Source: Azolla caroliniana (lineage: Eukaryota; Plantae; Polypodiophyta). Taken from it: 14,768 nucleotides of DNA. Below are positions 1 through 9,451 of this stretch, piece by piece. Numbering within the stretch: position 1 is the first letter of the stretch; each line of letters opens with the position of its first letter. The notes below the pieces were generated by a model. That model had not been told where the DNA came from. It made no database searches and saw only the letters and a program-made list of their open reading frames with translations. The DNA lies in contig JBHGNT010000842.1 in the NCBI GenBank assembly GCA_043228905.1, positions 1 through 14,768 of the forward strand, in the 5' to 3' direction. The position numbers and the translations under genes were made by a program.

Positions 1-432
1 AAGGGAGAGGATGACCATTGTTGGATGATGGCTAATCATTGTCTTTCAGCTCCATCGTATCCACCCATGATGCTATCATATTGGCTCTTTAGAGTGGCAA
101 CAACTTCATTCCATATTCCTACAATAATGTCACCTAGTGGACAGTTTGATTGGAGAAGACCCACCTATAACGCTATTTCTAGAGAGTCCATAGTGTTATT
201 GGGATAACCAATTCCAACACAACTTGATATTTGACATTGATGGGGGTTGAGTGAATATTGTCGATGGTGGAAAATGAGATCTCTTGTGCCTTTATCACCA
301 AAGTCATCCCCTCTTGTTGATTGGGGCCTGCCATGATCACCAACATATATTCCCCCACTTTAATGTGCTTTGCACCTTGCATAATTGCAATAGTCGGCCA
401 ACCCCCCTCCATATTCAATGAGTCTCTAGACT
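1..432 (-). mobile_element. L1-clade LINE ORF2 C-terminal fragment (degenerate; continues beyond the left window edge)
   Basis: Colinear and clearly similar to 3547..~3990 (e.g. atcatattggctctttagagtggc and tttatcaccaaagtcatcccctc are shared). The minus frame reads EGMTLVIKAQEISFSTIDNIHSTPINVKYQVVLELVIPITLWTL, matching the post-zinc-knuckle region of the TSD-flanked LINE at 3425-4071. Confidence 0.85.
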
Positions 433-640
433 GCTTCGGGTCTAACGATTACCATGCATAAATGAGTTCTCATTTTGTGTACTAAATGAGATACGATGAG
501 CGTGGTCAAGGCAGGTAGTGCATCATCGGGTGATTTATAAACATCTAGGCAATCCAATTAGGGTGGAGGTTCCTCATGTCAAGATGATTGATTATGTGTC
601 TAAAAATCTCGAAGAGAAGTATATGTATTGGAGAAAGCGA
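433..640 (+). mobile_element. LINE reverse-transcriptase fragment (late RT/thumb region), inverted relative to the adjoining LINE 3' piece
   Basis: Plus-strand translation gives ASGLTITMHK*VLI, then after a frameshift RVIYKHLGNPIRV...KNLEEKYMYWRK. These match the L1 RT motifs SGLxINxxKS and YLGxP...KLxxW. The right boundary is approximate. Confidence 0.7.
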
Positions 641-1149
641 AGAAGAAAGCTTGCCTTCATTTAGGAATTGAACAAGCCTTTTGCCCATGTCTACTTGATC
701 CTATATACATGCAAAGACAATGACTACCAAACTCATCCATTAAATTATCCGAAGAGTTTCCCAATCTATGATTTGACTAAAAGGGTTATAAATGATTTCT
801 TATAAGGATTCTCAAAAAATTTAATTTATTGAAAATGTTACTCCTTTTATAAGTAACTCAGTTACGCTTAATCTTTTCGAGAATAGTATTCAACTGACAA
901 TCCGCTTATATTCAAGTAAAGAGGCTATTGTGGTAAAATTAGAAGCGCTTGATGACTATTGTTACCCTTGTTAAAAATAGGGTATATGGGTCTAGTCCTA
1001 CATCATGACCTTCATAGGGAGGTATATTGAGATTAATACATGCACGAGACAAAGACCCAATCCTAGAGTTAGGAGGAACGTATAGTTCTGGCAACCATTA
1101 ACACATATCTAGAATAAAAGTTGTGTAAGTCTAAAATTATGATGTTCGA

Positions 1150-1277
1150 TGCAATATACATTGATTCCTAGAGTTAGATTGTGGTTAACAAATGTCATAA
1201 TGGTTGTTGCAAATTTTATAGTCACCATCAAATTTTGTTGCAATTTACATTGATTCATAGAGTTTTGTTTTGGTTAA
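1150..1277. repeat. Degenerate direct repeat (39 bp x2, offset 89 bp)
   Basis: tgcaatatacattgattcctagagttagattgtggttaa (1150-1188) vs tgcaatttacattgattcatagagttttgttttggttaa (1239-1277). Confidence 0.7.
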
Positions 1278-1299
1278 TTCATAAGAAAAACTCATCCTA

Positions 1300-2230
1300 T
1301 ATATTATTGTAAAGTTCTTTGTGCGAGATTGTTACCTTGTAATAATGTTCGGTTGCAAAATTTCATAGCATTTGTTTGTTAACATGATAACATGTTATCT
1401 TGGCTAAGTGCATGCAAATGAATCATTCATTTTCTTTTCATGGACATTAGGATAATGATATTTGTTCATGTATTTCGTGATGTACTCAACAAAAATCAAA
1501 CCTCTATTGTTAAGTTGAAGATATTTTGCTCACATACTTTTGATCTAGTTCCTACTTTTGCCAAAAGATAAGCAAACATAAGAGAGTAATAAAGAGGGTT
1601 CAAGTAGGTATATGGTTCTTAAAAATTTCCAAAACAAAAACAATGACAACAAATCTTTAGTGAAAAATTCATAGGAGAGCAACAAGTAGCCAAAAAAGTT
1701 TCAAACTTCAATAGAAAAAAAGGATTAAAGTAGAATGTTAAAGTTTCCCTCGTATAGTATATTATGTATCCATAGAGTATCTCATTTGTTTGAAACATTG
1801 CATACATTTCCAATTTTAGAAACTTCCCAAATTTTAATCTTTGAGGCTCATGTTGTGCTAGACATACATATGTTGATCATAGATGTGCCCATCCCCAAGA
1901 TGCCTTTCTCCCATTTCAAAATAATGTTCTATAATTTAGGTGACAAAAAGCTCAAAGCTCTCATCAACTTGTTTAGGAGTTCATATATCCTTGTGGAAAG
2001 TTGAACTCTCTTAGCCTCTAGTGAGGACAATATCATATGTTAACTCAATCAAGACAAGATTCATTGTCTCATCAACTTTTCTCAAAGCATTACATAAATG
2101 CATGACGTTATCCGAACATGACACTTTTATTTTTGTGGTATCACATGCACATTCTATCATTGTGGATTGGACAAACTTAGTTTTTAGACTTGAGGATAAA
2201 CTTAAGAAGCTAAAAGATTGTCAAATTCAT
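1300..2230 (-). pseudogene. Decayed gene, paralog copy A (Cys-rich segment plus Josephin-like motif remnant)
   Basis: Nucleotide similarity to 8330-8900 (cataagagagta, catcccca...aaaataat, gaagatatttt blocks). Minus frames give YFEMGERHLGDGH, NFSLKICCHC, and NVHEKKMND-[fs]-HLHAL at 1445..1390. There are many stops and frameshifts, and the boundaries are approximate. Confidence 0.5.
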
Positions 2231-2309
2231 AATATTTGATTTATAAATTGCGGATACACATACACACACACAATTCCCCCTTTTAAAATGCTCTACATGA
2301 TGTGACAAT

Positions 2310-3060
2310 TGTGAAGTCAATTTTTGTTTGTAAGAAAAGACCGTGGCAAATACATTGGATACTAAGGTGTATAAGAATAAAGCACGATATGAAAGGTTCA
2401 AGAGTTTAAAGACGAAGGAACTTGAAGGGATATAACATTAGAGGCATTTTTCAAAAGTAGAAAAAGCAGGGAAAAAAGGGAAGTGGGGAAAAAAGGCAAA
2501 AAAAGCAAAAATCCAAGCGTGGATATAAAGAGCTAGGTAGAGAAAAAAGTTTATAATTTCCTCATCCGGTATCCAAATTAGAAAAGAAAAGATGCATAAG
2601 AAATCTAACACGAAGAGCTTTCCAAAACGAGTAATATAAATAAAACATGCCTCATATAGACGATATTTGTTTAAGAAAAAGCAAAAATAAAGCAACAAAA
2701 AACCTATAAATAAGACTGTGTTCTTACTCAAAGTAAGATAGAGGAAGAATAGAAGGTCTACAAGAAGTGTGAAGGGGCTTGTTAGGAGGAGGAAGAATAA
2801 GAAGATTAGAAGAAATGGGAAGAGGCTTAGTAGACAAAAGAAGGAAGAAGAAGAAAATCTATATGAAGTGAGAAGTGCTTTCGTAGGAGCCGAACGAAAG
2901 AAGGGAAGTCTATTTGGGTTTAGTGTCATAGAAAAAAAGAAAGTTCTATGTAGTGGAGTTATTAGTAAGAGTCTATGAAGCTTGTATTGTTTTTCTAATA
3001 TTATAAAATAACCTTCTCTTCCTCTTCTTTTCTCTATCTTTTTTCTATCTCTCTTTATCA
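2310..3060 (+). mobile_element. Solo LTR (751 bp) of an LTR retrotransposon with 5-bp target-site duplication ACAAT
   Basis: It starts TGTGAAG and ends CTTTATCA (TG...CA), flanked by acaat at 2305-2309 and 3061-3065. It has an internal cctataaata TATA box and a purine-rich body. Removing it restores colinearity with the paralog at ~9041-9080 (ctacat..tgaca.. / aaccttgggg). No PBS or internal domain is visible. Confidence 0.85.
2705..2712 (+). promoter_or_regulatory. TATA box within the solo LTR
   Basis: tataaata in a cctataaataag context in mid-LTR, typical of plant LTR U3 promoters; it is the basis for the LTR orientation. Confidence 0.55.
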
Positions 3061-3180
3061 ACAATGAGTTTGCAAAACCTTGGGGCTAGAGGAATGGGCG
3101 AAGAAAGAGAAATGGACATGAAAAACGTGTATCTTTTTTAATACTACCAAATAAAAGGAATGAGAAAAAGCAATGGGACA
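3061..3180. repeat. Conserved upstream segment shared with 9055-9195
   Basis: aaccttgggg, ggacatgaaaaa and the exact 19-mer aatactaccaaataaaagg occur in the same order in both places. Confidence 0.75.
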
Positions 3181-3424
3181 ATCAAATAATGCCATTGAAA
3201 AAGGATTCAAATCTAAGGGTGTAAGAACAAGGAGATCAGTGAATGTCACACGTACCTTGGGGTCCATCACCTTAGAAAATTAACTACTTCAATAACATAG
3301 TAAGACACATTAATGTCAAAATGGCCAAAGCTTTTATTGTTTCCTTTCAATATTTTACTAGGTGCCTCTTTCACCCAAACAATGCTAGACAAACTCTCTA
3401 AAACATGATTTATCTATACAATTG

Positions 3425-4071
3425 TTTTTTTTTTCCAAAAAAAATTCCTTCCATTAGTTATAAAATTTTACATATGAGATTAATATATACAAATCCCTGT
3501 AGGGACGTGATAGGTTCATCTTATGTGGATGCCAACTGACTCAATAAAGGGGGAGGACGACTATTGTTGGATGAAGGCTAGTCATTGTCTTTCAACTCCA
3601 ACGGAGTCGCCCTTGAGGCCATCATATTGGCTCTTTAGAGTGGCTACAACTTCACTCCATATCTCTTGCATTAACACTATTGGTTGCACGGTTTGGTTGG
3701 AGAAGACTCATCTACACTATTGTTTCCATAGAATACAAAGAGTTATTGGGCTAACCAATTCCAACGCAACTTGAGATTTGCCATTGATAGTAGTTGAGTG
3801 GACATTGTCGATGGTGGAGAAAAAAACCTCTTGTGCTTTTATCACCAAAGTCATCCCCTCCTCCTGATGCTCGTATCTGTCAATTGGGGCCTGCCATGAT
3901 AGCCAACATATATTTCCCCACTTGATTAAGCCTTGCACCTGGCATACTTGCAATAAGCGGCCAAACCCCTTGTCATATTTGATGGGACTCTGGGCAATCC
4001 CATAGAGCATGTCGGATTGATTCTATTGCATTTGGGCACGCTGCACAATTAGGAGAGCTAAGGTTCCCACA
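3425..4071 (-). mobile_element. 5'-truncated L1-clade LINE with CCHC zinc knuckle (zf-RVT region), poly(A) tail and TSD
   Basis: The minus strand reads CAACPNAIESIRHALWDC (C-x2-C-x8-H-x4-C), then LCILWKQ*C and IWSEVVATLKSQYD. Poly(T) on the plus strand starts at 3425. The TSD ctatacaattg(tttt) is at 3414-3428 and 4072-4086. Confidence 0.92.
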
Positions 4072-4370
4072 CTATACAATTGTTTTAAAACATTATTTGT
4101 CTAAAGATGTTGCAATACTCTTTGTGATAATGTTCCCTAGATGACATTTTCGATAAGAATGTGAAATTGACGATACAACAACTTCTCTTGGAGTACAAAT
4201 AATGCTCATTGTGGAGCTTCTTTGACTCTTCTTTGATGCTCATTGTTGATATGCCATGGGTCTCTTTGATTGTTTCTTAAAGTATTGTAGATTGAAGCAA
4301 AAAACCCTTGTTGTCCCTACTATCATAGTGAGGACCTGATGGCAAGGCAAATCCTCTGATATGTGAATGG

Positions 4371-5042
4371 ATCTGGTAATTCAAGGGGGCCACTAAATTT
4401 ATTCTCTTCATATGGCTATTAGTGCATGTGGCATTACTAGTTGGTCATTCATCGAAAGGGAATGTAGCACCCAATCTTAGACAATGTTGCTTTTGTTATG
4501 CAGCTCAGATCCAAACTACCAAGCATGTCTTTTGGTCTTGTCCCTTGGCTCACCAAGTATGGAATAAAGCCCTTTCTTTATTCCTAATGGTAAATGTCGG
4601 TTGCCTATTTTATTGGGGATCAACAATGTGAGGAGTTTTACATTCCAAATTGATGTTGTATGAGGCAGACGATGTTCACGAGGCCACGATGATACATAAT
4701 AAAAGATTAATATTAGTTAGTTCCTTACAACAACCTTGAAAGCAGGTGCGATCTGTTCAATTCTAGAAAAGAGTGACTACGATAATGTTATGGGAATTAT
4801 GGAAATGTAGATGTAACCGACTTTATGATACAACAGATCTTTGTTTCTCAGATGTACTGCTCGATATATGGGAGAACTTGCTGGCAGTAGTCTGGGGTCA
4901 GTATGACAATATGCATGGTTCTCCAGAAAATGTTAATAAGTGAAGGAAGAAGCTTCTTCGCTTATGGACAAAGTTGCCCCTCTTTGCAGTGTTAGATCAA
5001 GGGCCTCAATGTAACTATTGATTTCCATGGACCCTTCCTTGA
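4371..5042 (+). mobile_element. Degenerate L1-clade LINE ORF2 C-terminus (zf-RVT plus C-terminal domain)
   Basis: One plus frame with stops reads IW*FKGATKFILFIWLLVHVALLVG...CCFCYAAQIQTTKHVFWSCPLAHQVW...LWELWKCRCNRLY...IWENLLAVVWGQYD. No clear TSD or poly(A) was found, and the ends are approximate. Confidence 0.88.
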
Positions 5043-5169
5043 ATATTAGTACACCATGGCAGTGTACATCAACAAATTTCAACACCCTTTACAAGTTCCT
5101 ATATTTGTTCTTAGGATTACCATACATCATTGTACATAAAACATTGTAAGCTTCTAGGTAGATAAATTC

Positions 5170-5244
5170 AAGAGTGACAATACTTTCCTAGTTCTAGATC
5201 TTGATGCCAAAACTCAATAAAAGAGTGACAATACTTTCCTAGTT
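5170..5244. repeat. Perfect 24-bp direct repeat around a 27-bp spacer
   Basis: aagagtgacaatactttcctagtt at 5170-5193 and 5221-5244. Confidence 0.9.
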
Positions 5245-5299
5245 AATAAAGGTCATAGTTGCACAACATAACAAGTTACAACCCAAATGACAGTAGCAA

Positions 5300-6900
5300 C
5301 TATGCATATAAGAAATCTATGTTTGAGATACTCCTTAATCATTTCATATGAAAAATATGTCCCATATTAAATGTGTCAGAGTTTAAAGCCACCACCAAAT
5401 GAAACCCACTCACAATTGTATGCCAAGGAAAAACTTTCACATGGAATAGACGATGAAATTGTCAGCACTCATCCAATACTCGATGCCACCATTGTATATA
5501 TTGGGTAATGTTTCATGTAAGTGAAACTTTTGCCAATAACCAAGTGTTATCTTTAATTAACTTTCAATTGATGTCGTTAGTGTGCATCATGAGTATCAAT
5601 GTTTTTCAAATTAGGTTATATGTCACCAATTCCGGAATTGGGGCCACAATAATAGGTCAAGCCGATAATGATAACCAAATATAATCATGTTGATGACGTA
5701 TATGAAACAAAACAAACATCATTATTTGTGTCTCTTTTGCATAAATCTCAGGTCGTCCTCATATCCCCTTTCCAACTAAAAGTGCTAATGCATCCGTGTT
5801 TGCTACCAATCAATGTTCGCACTTTATTATGTTGTCGACCTGACTCTTAGAGTTCATATTATTGTTGCTTTCTTATGATTTTAGTGCCTAATGTATAAAT
5901 TGAACAAATACCAATTTTAGACAATCTATTCCAGCATCAAGTTGACTAGGGTTCGAGCACAAAGTATTGGAGCTTTCTTACATTTTAGTGGAAAGTATTT
6001 GGAGCGTTCTCCTCCTATAATGCTCCTCTCACATGAGAGTTTCCATCTTTCAACCAAAGTTATACTATGTAGCCCCATATAATTATCTTCAAATTTATAA
6101 CTCATATTCATTACTTATATTCACCCATTTAAGTTTTATTGTACATACTTTCATTCTATTGAGAAATTTCCCCTCTAATCTTTGTAGCCATGTACGTTTA
6201 CCCTTAATGTTGGAAGAGAGGAAGTGTTGGTACAATTGATTGATTACAATGGTAGGATGCACAAGTACTATGAAATTTCATCATCATTGTTGAGGCTTGG
6301 CCTTTAATCATTGTTCTTTTTTCCTCAAAAGTTGTAGTCTTTGTCCTTTTATATCTTGAGAATATTATATTGTTACGTATGTCCTCTAATCCCTAGATAC
6401 CTTAGAAAATTGAAACCTTCAATTGTTTGTGCTTGAAGAGTACCTTGAAATTAATTAGCCTTACAAAGTAAGAAAATCTAATCAACTAATTTCAAATTTT
6501 GGATGGTTCTTTGGGTAGATTCTAATCATTGTCCCAAAAATGTGAAATGTAAATAAAATAGTTCTACTTAAAATGTGCATATGAACTAAATCAACATAAT
6601 AGTATCCTTGTCAAGCATTTCGGAGTGATGATCAGTGATTTTCAAAGCCTTACAAGGCCAAATAGGAGGTATGATTGCAACATGACTTGTGTTAACACTT
6701 GGTTTTATCCCACTCTTGCAATGTATAAGTGCCCTGCATGTATTAAAAGACGTCATTTTCTTGTAATGCTAGCATAGAAAAAAGATTACATGATAAAAAC
6801 TCCATTCAATTTCTTGAAGATGTTTCGGCTTACATATACATAGTTCTATGAATAGAATGCCATGCCTTTTCTGTACCTTTTTCCAAAAAGATGTATATAT
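5300..6900 (-). pseudogene. Decayed gene, paralog copy C (Cys-rich segment plus Josephin-like motif remnants)
   Basis: Minus frames give IEWSFYHVIFFLC*HYKKMTSFNTCRAL, PPIWPCKALKITDH (6669..6628), EIYAK (5749..5735), CFIYVINM (5709..5686) and HLVVAL (5401..5384). The motif order is the same as in copy B. Similarity is at protein level only. Confidence 0.4.
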
Positions 6901-7386
6901 GAATGACTCAAGGAAAATGGTTATAACATAAATAAATAGTTTGAGATTGTAGATTTCCTAAAGTCATAATGACTTTACCTCAAAGTCCTAACTAACACAC
7001 GATATGATTATTGTCAATTGTTAGATTGGGAAATTTGGAGATAATTGAAGCTTTAATGCGAATGTATCAAGGAAAATGATCACTGGCATTAATAAATTGT
7101 TTAAGATGGTAGATATCTTAAAGTCATGATGACTTTAGCTCAATGTCCTAACTAATATGCGATATGAGTATTGTCAATTGTTAGATTGGGAAATTTGGAG
7201 ATAATTGATGGTTTAATGTGAATGTATCAAGGAAAATGATCACTGGCATTAATAAATGGTTTAAGATTGAGATTTCTTAAAGTCATAATGACTTTAGCTC
7301 AAATTCCTAACTAACACGCGATATGATTATTGTCAATTGTTAGATTGGGAAATTTGGATATCATTGAAGCTTTAATGTGCATATAT
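6901..7386. repeat. Tandem repeat of 3 units of 159-160 bp, each with a 19-bp palindrome
   Basis: Units start with caaggaaaatg at 6909, 7068 and 7228 and share tattgtcaattgttagattgggaaatttgga. taaagtcat-N-atgacttta lies at 6959-6977, 7119-7137 and 7278-7296. Confidence 0.95.
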
Positions 7387-7768
7387 AACACATTCGAAAT
7401 TGTACTATAGTTGTTCTTAAATACAACTAAACATGGGCGAAGAAAACTTTCCATGAGATTGATGTAAAATAATATCTTGATTTGATCATTCATAATCGGA
7501 GCAACGTCTTGTGCCGACCATCATATTATTTATATCACCATTTATAGCACAACAAAGACGTAGATTTCATATTAATGAATGGAAGTTGTAAATGTGGAAA
7601 ATAAAGGGTGTATGCTATGATTGTAGATGCAAGATTTATGGGAATGTTATATATGTATACATATGTTAATGTAGACAATTACATACATGAAAGTTGTTAT
7701 GATATAATCGGATCTAGAGTGAAGCATTGATAATAAATGTCTTCGTTCAAATTATGGACATATAAAAT

Positions 7769-8950
7769 CTAGAACTCACTCTTATCATTGAAGGCTTGCT
7801 TGCAGATCCAGGGCTCACATACTCGCTTGCATAGTGATGGCTTAAAAATTGATACATAATGTGATACATTTTTAGTGTTGCTCATAAATGGACTTAAAGT
7901 GTCTCCTATTACGTTATGGTTGTTGAAGAATATAGTTATTATGCACATGCTTTTGCACATACTATTGAAATCTATTCTCTTATGATATTTATAGCCATAA
8001 TTGAAACTTTTGAATTGAATAAATCTCGATCCTATATATAGTATAGACAATAGTTTTGATGTTAATCATAGATTATGTTGATGATAATGTTCATAAAATG
8101 AGCTCATTTGAAGGATCAATACTCCATATTATTGATTCTTTGTAATAGTTTGTTTGAATGTGATAAAGTACTAAAATGTGATAACTTCAATATACCTTGG
8201 GCCAACACTCATGTGAACACAAAACAAACGAAATTTGTTGTTAAAACACTAATTAAGACATTGTCAATTTTCATATATTTTGTGCGTTATTCTTATGATA
8301 ACAACTTATAATGTTTATGATGAAAATTTTATGGTCTGATACCTTTGTCGGAACTTGCTAACATCATTGTGGAAGATATTTTTTTCCTATACTTCTATAA
8401 AAGTTGTTATGTCTCCCTCATACATTTCCAAATATCAATATCAATAAAGGGGATATATGTTGACTCATAAGAGAGTAGCATGTAGGTATAGGCGTTCTTT
8501 AACTTCCTAAAACATCACAATGACATAAAGTTGTTTGGTGAAAATTCCATGAGAGATCTACAGACTACGACTACCAATATTAAAGTATGACAATCGATCA
8601 TTTATCCATAAATTGCCTCCCTCCCTCATACACATGCACAACACAATTTGGCACATCCCCAAAAGGCTTTTCTCCCTTTAAAATAATATCTCAAAGTTTA
8701 TTTTAAGAAATTGGGCTCCTCAAGTACATGTTTGGATGTTGACATTATTGATGAAAAGGCCTTAGCCTTTAGTTATGCAAGAACTCATTATGTCTCAATA
8801 TTGGATGTGATGGAAATTGTTTCAATCATACCTAATTGGCTAATTCTTTCTAAAGTTTGGTTGACATTTTTGTCTTTCTATTAGTTGTCCATGCATTTTC
8901 ACTGTTATATGGATTACTTGATAGGGTGGACAGATAAAAGAGGAAAATAA
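7769..8950 (-). pseudogene. Decayed gene, paralog copy B (Cys-rich segment plus Josephin-like motif remnants)
   Basis: Minus frames give KGEKPFGDVPNC, LSWNFHQTTLCHCDVLGS*RTPIPTCYSL, KYLPQ*C*QVPTKVSDH, KIYEN*QCLN*CF...VHMSVG and VSHYVSIFK. The last is within the 7769..8050 ORF, in frame with the KIYEN block. DNA is similar to 1500-2200. Confidence 0.5.
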
Positions 8951-9054
8951 AGCCTGGCAAAAGTCTTCAAACATGCCTTATACATAAAATACCCATGCAC
9001 ATGCACATGCATATAGGTGAAATTTGCTCTGGAAAGTGGCCTACATACTATGAC

Positions 9055-9195
9055 ATTTAATTTGCGCAACCTTGGGGTTGGTGTTTTTAACCTTACAATG
9101 AGCCCCGGGAGAGGGGCATGAGGATATAAAGGGACATGAAAAAAGTTGTGGCTTTATGAATACTACCAAATAAAAGGCACAAACAAAAGTAGTGC
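9055..9195. repeat. Conserved upstream segment shared with 2290-2309 plus 3061-3180
   Basis: aaccttgggg...ggacatgaaaaa...aatactaccaaataaaagg. It also represents the empty site of the solo LTR. Confidence 0.75.
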
Positions 9196-9451
9196 AATAA
9201 GTTGATAGTATAATATACAAAAAATACAAAGAAAGGGTGGTAAAAAACAAAGGTAAAAAAGAGGGTCCTCTTTGTTGACAATGACCAACCTTAGTAATAA
9301 TGATTATTATGCTTTTATGTACTGAAGGAGAATTTGTTTTCAATATTTTGAATCAAGTTTGATTACTTTGTACATCGTATTATGATTACACGTTGCATCA
9401 CACCAAAAGAAGATTTGTTTTATAAAAATGCTAGAAAAAATGGTCAAGGAG

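Noticed and set aside
25-207. Similar plus-strand ORFs 25..207 and 3523..3774 as a small gene family
   Set aside because: They are antisense frames of two copies of the same LINE ORF2 region.
2438-3064. 208-aa F/L-rich minus-strand ORF resembling a membrane protein, and the K/R-rich 2769..2978 ORF
   Set aside because: Both are compositional shadows of the purine-rich solo LTR.
1-4071. 1-432 and 3547-3990 as paired LTRs of a single element
   Set aside because: They encode LINE ORF2 tails, the second copy has its own poly(A) and TSD, and the TG...CA termini expected of LTRs are not seen.
6901-7386. CRISPR-like reading of the regularly spaced palindromes
   Set aside because: The intervening sequences are themselves repeated rather than unique spacers, there are no cas genes, and the context is eukaryotic.
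8470-8530. SWIM zinc finger call for LCHC...TCYSL
   Set aside because: The CxH half of the SWIM motif is missing in all three paralogs, so it is recorded only as Cys-rich.
9041-9343. 100-aa and 62-aa hydrophobic minus-strand ORFs
   Set aside because: They lie in an A-rich spacer, the F-rich translation is compositional, and the paralogous segment at 3061-3270 shares only short motifs interrupted by indels.
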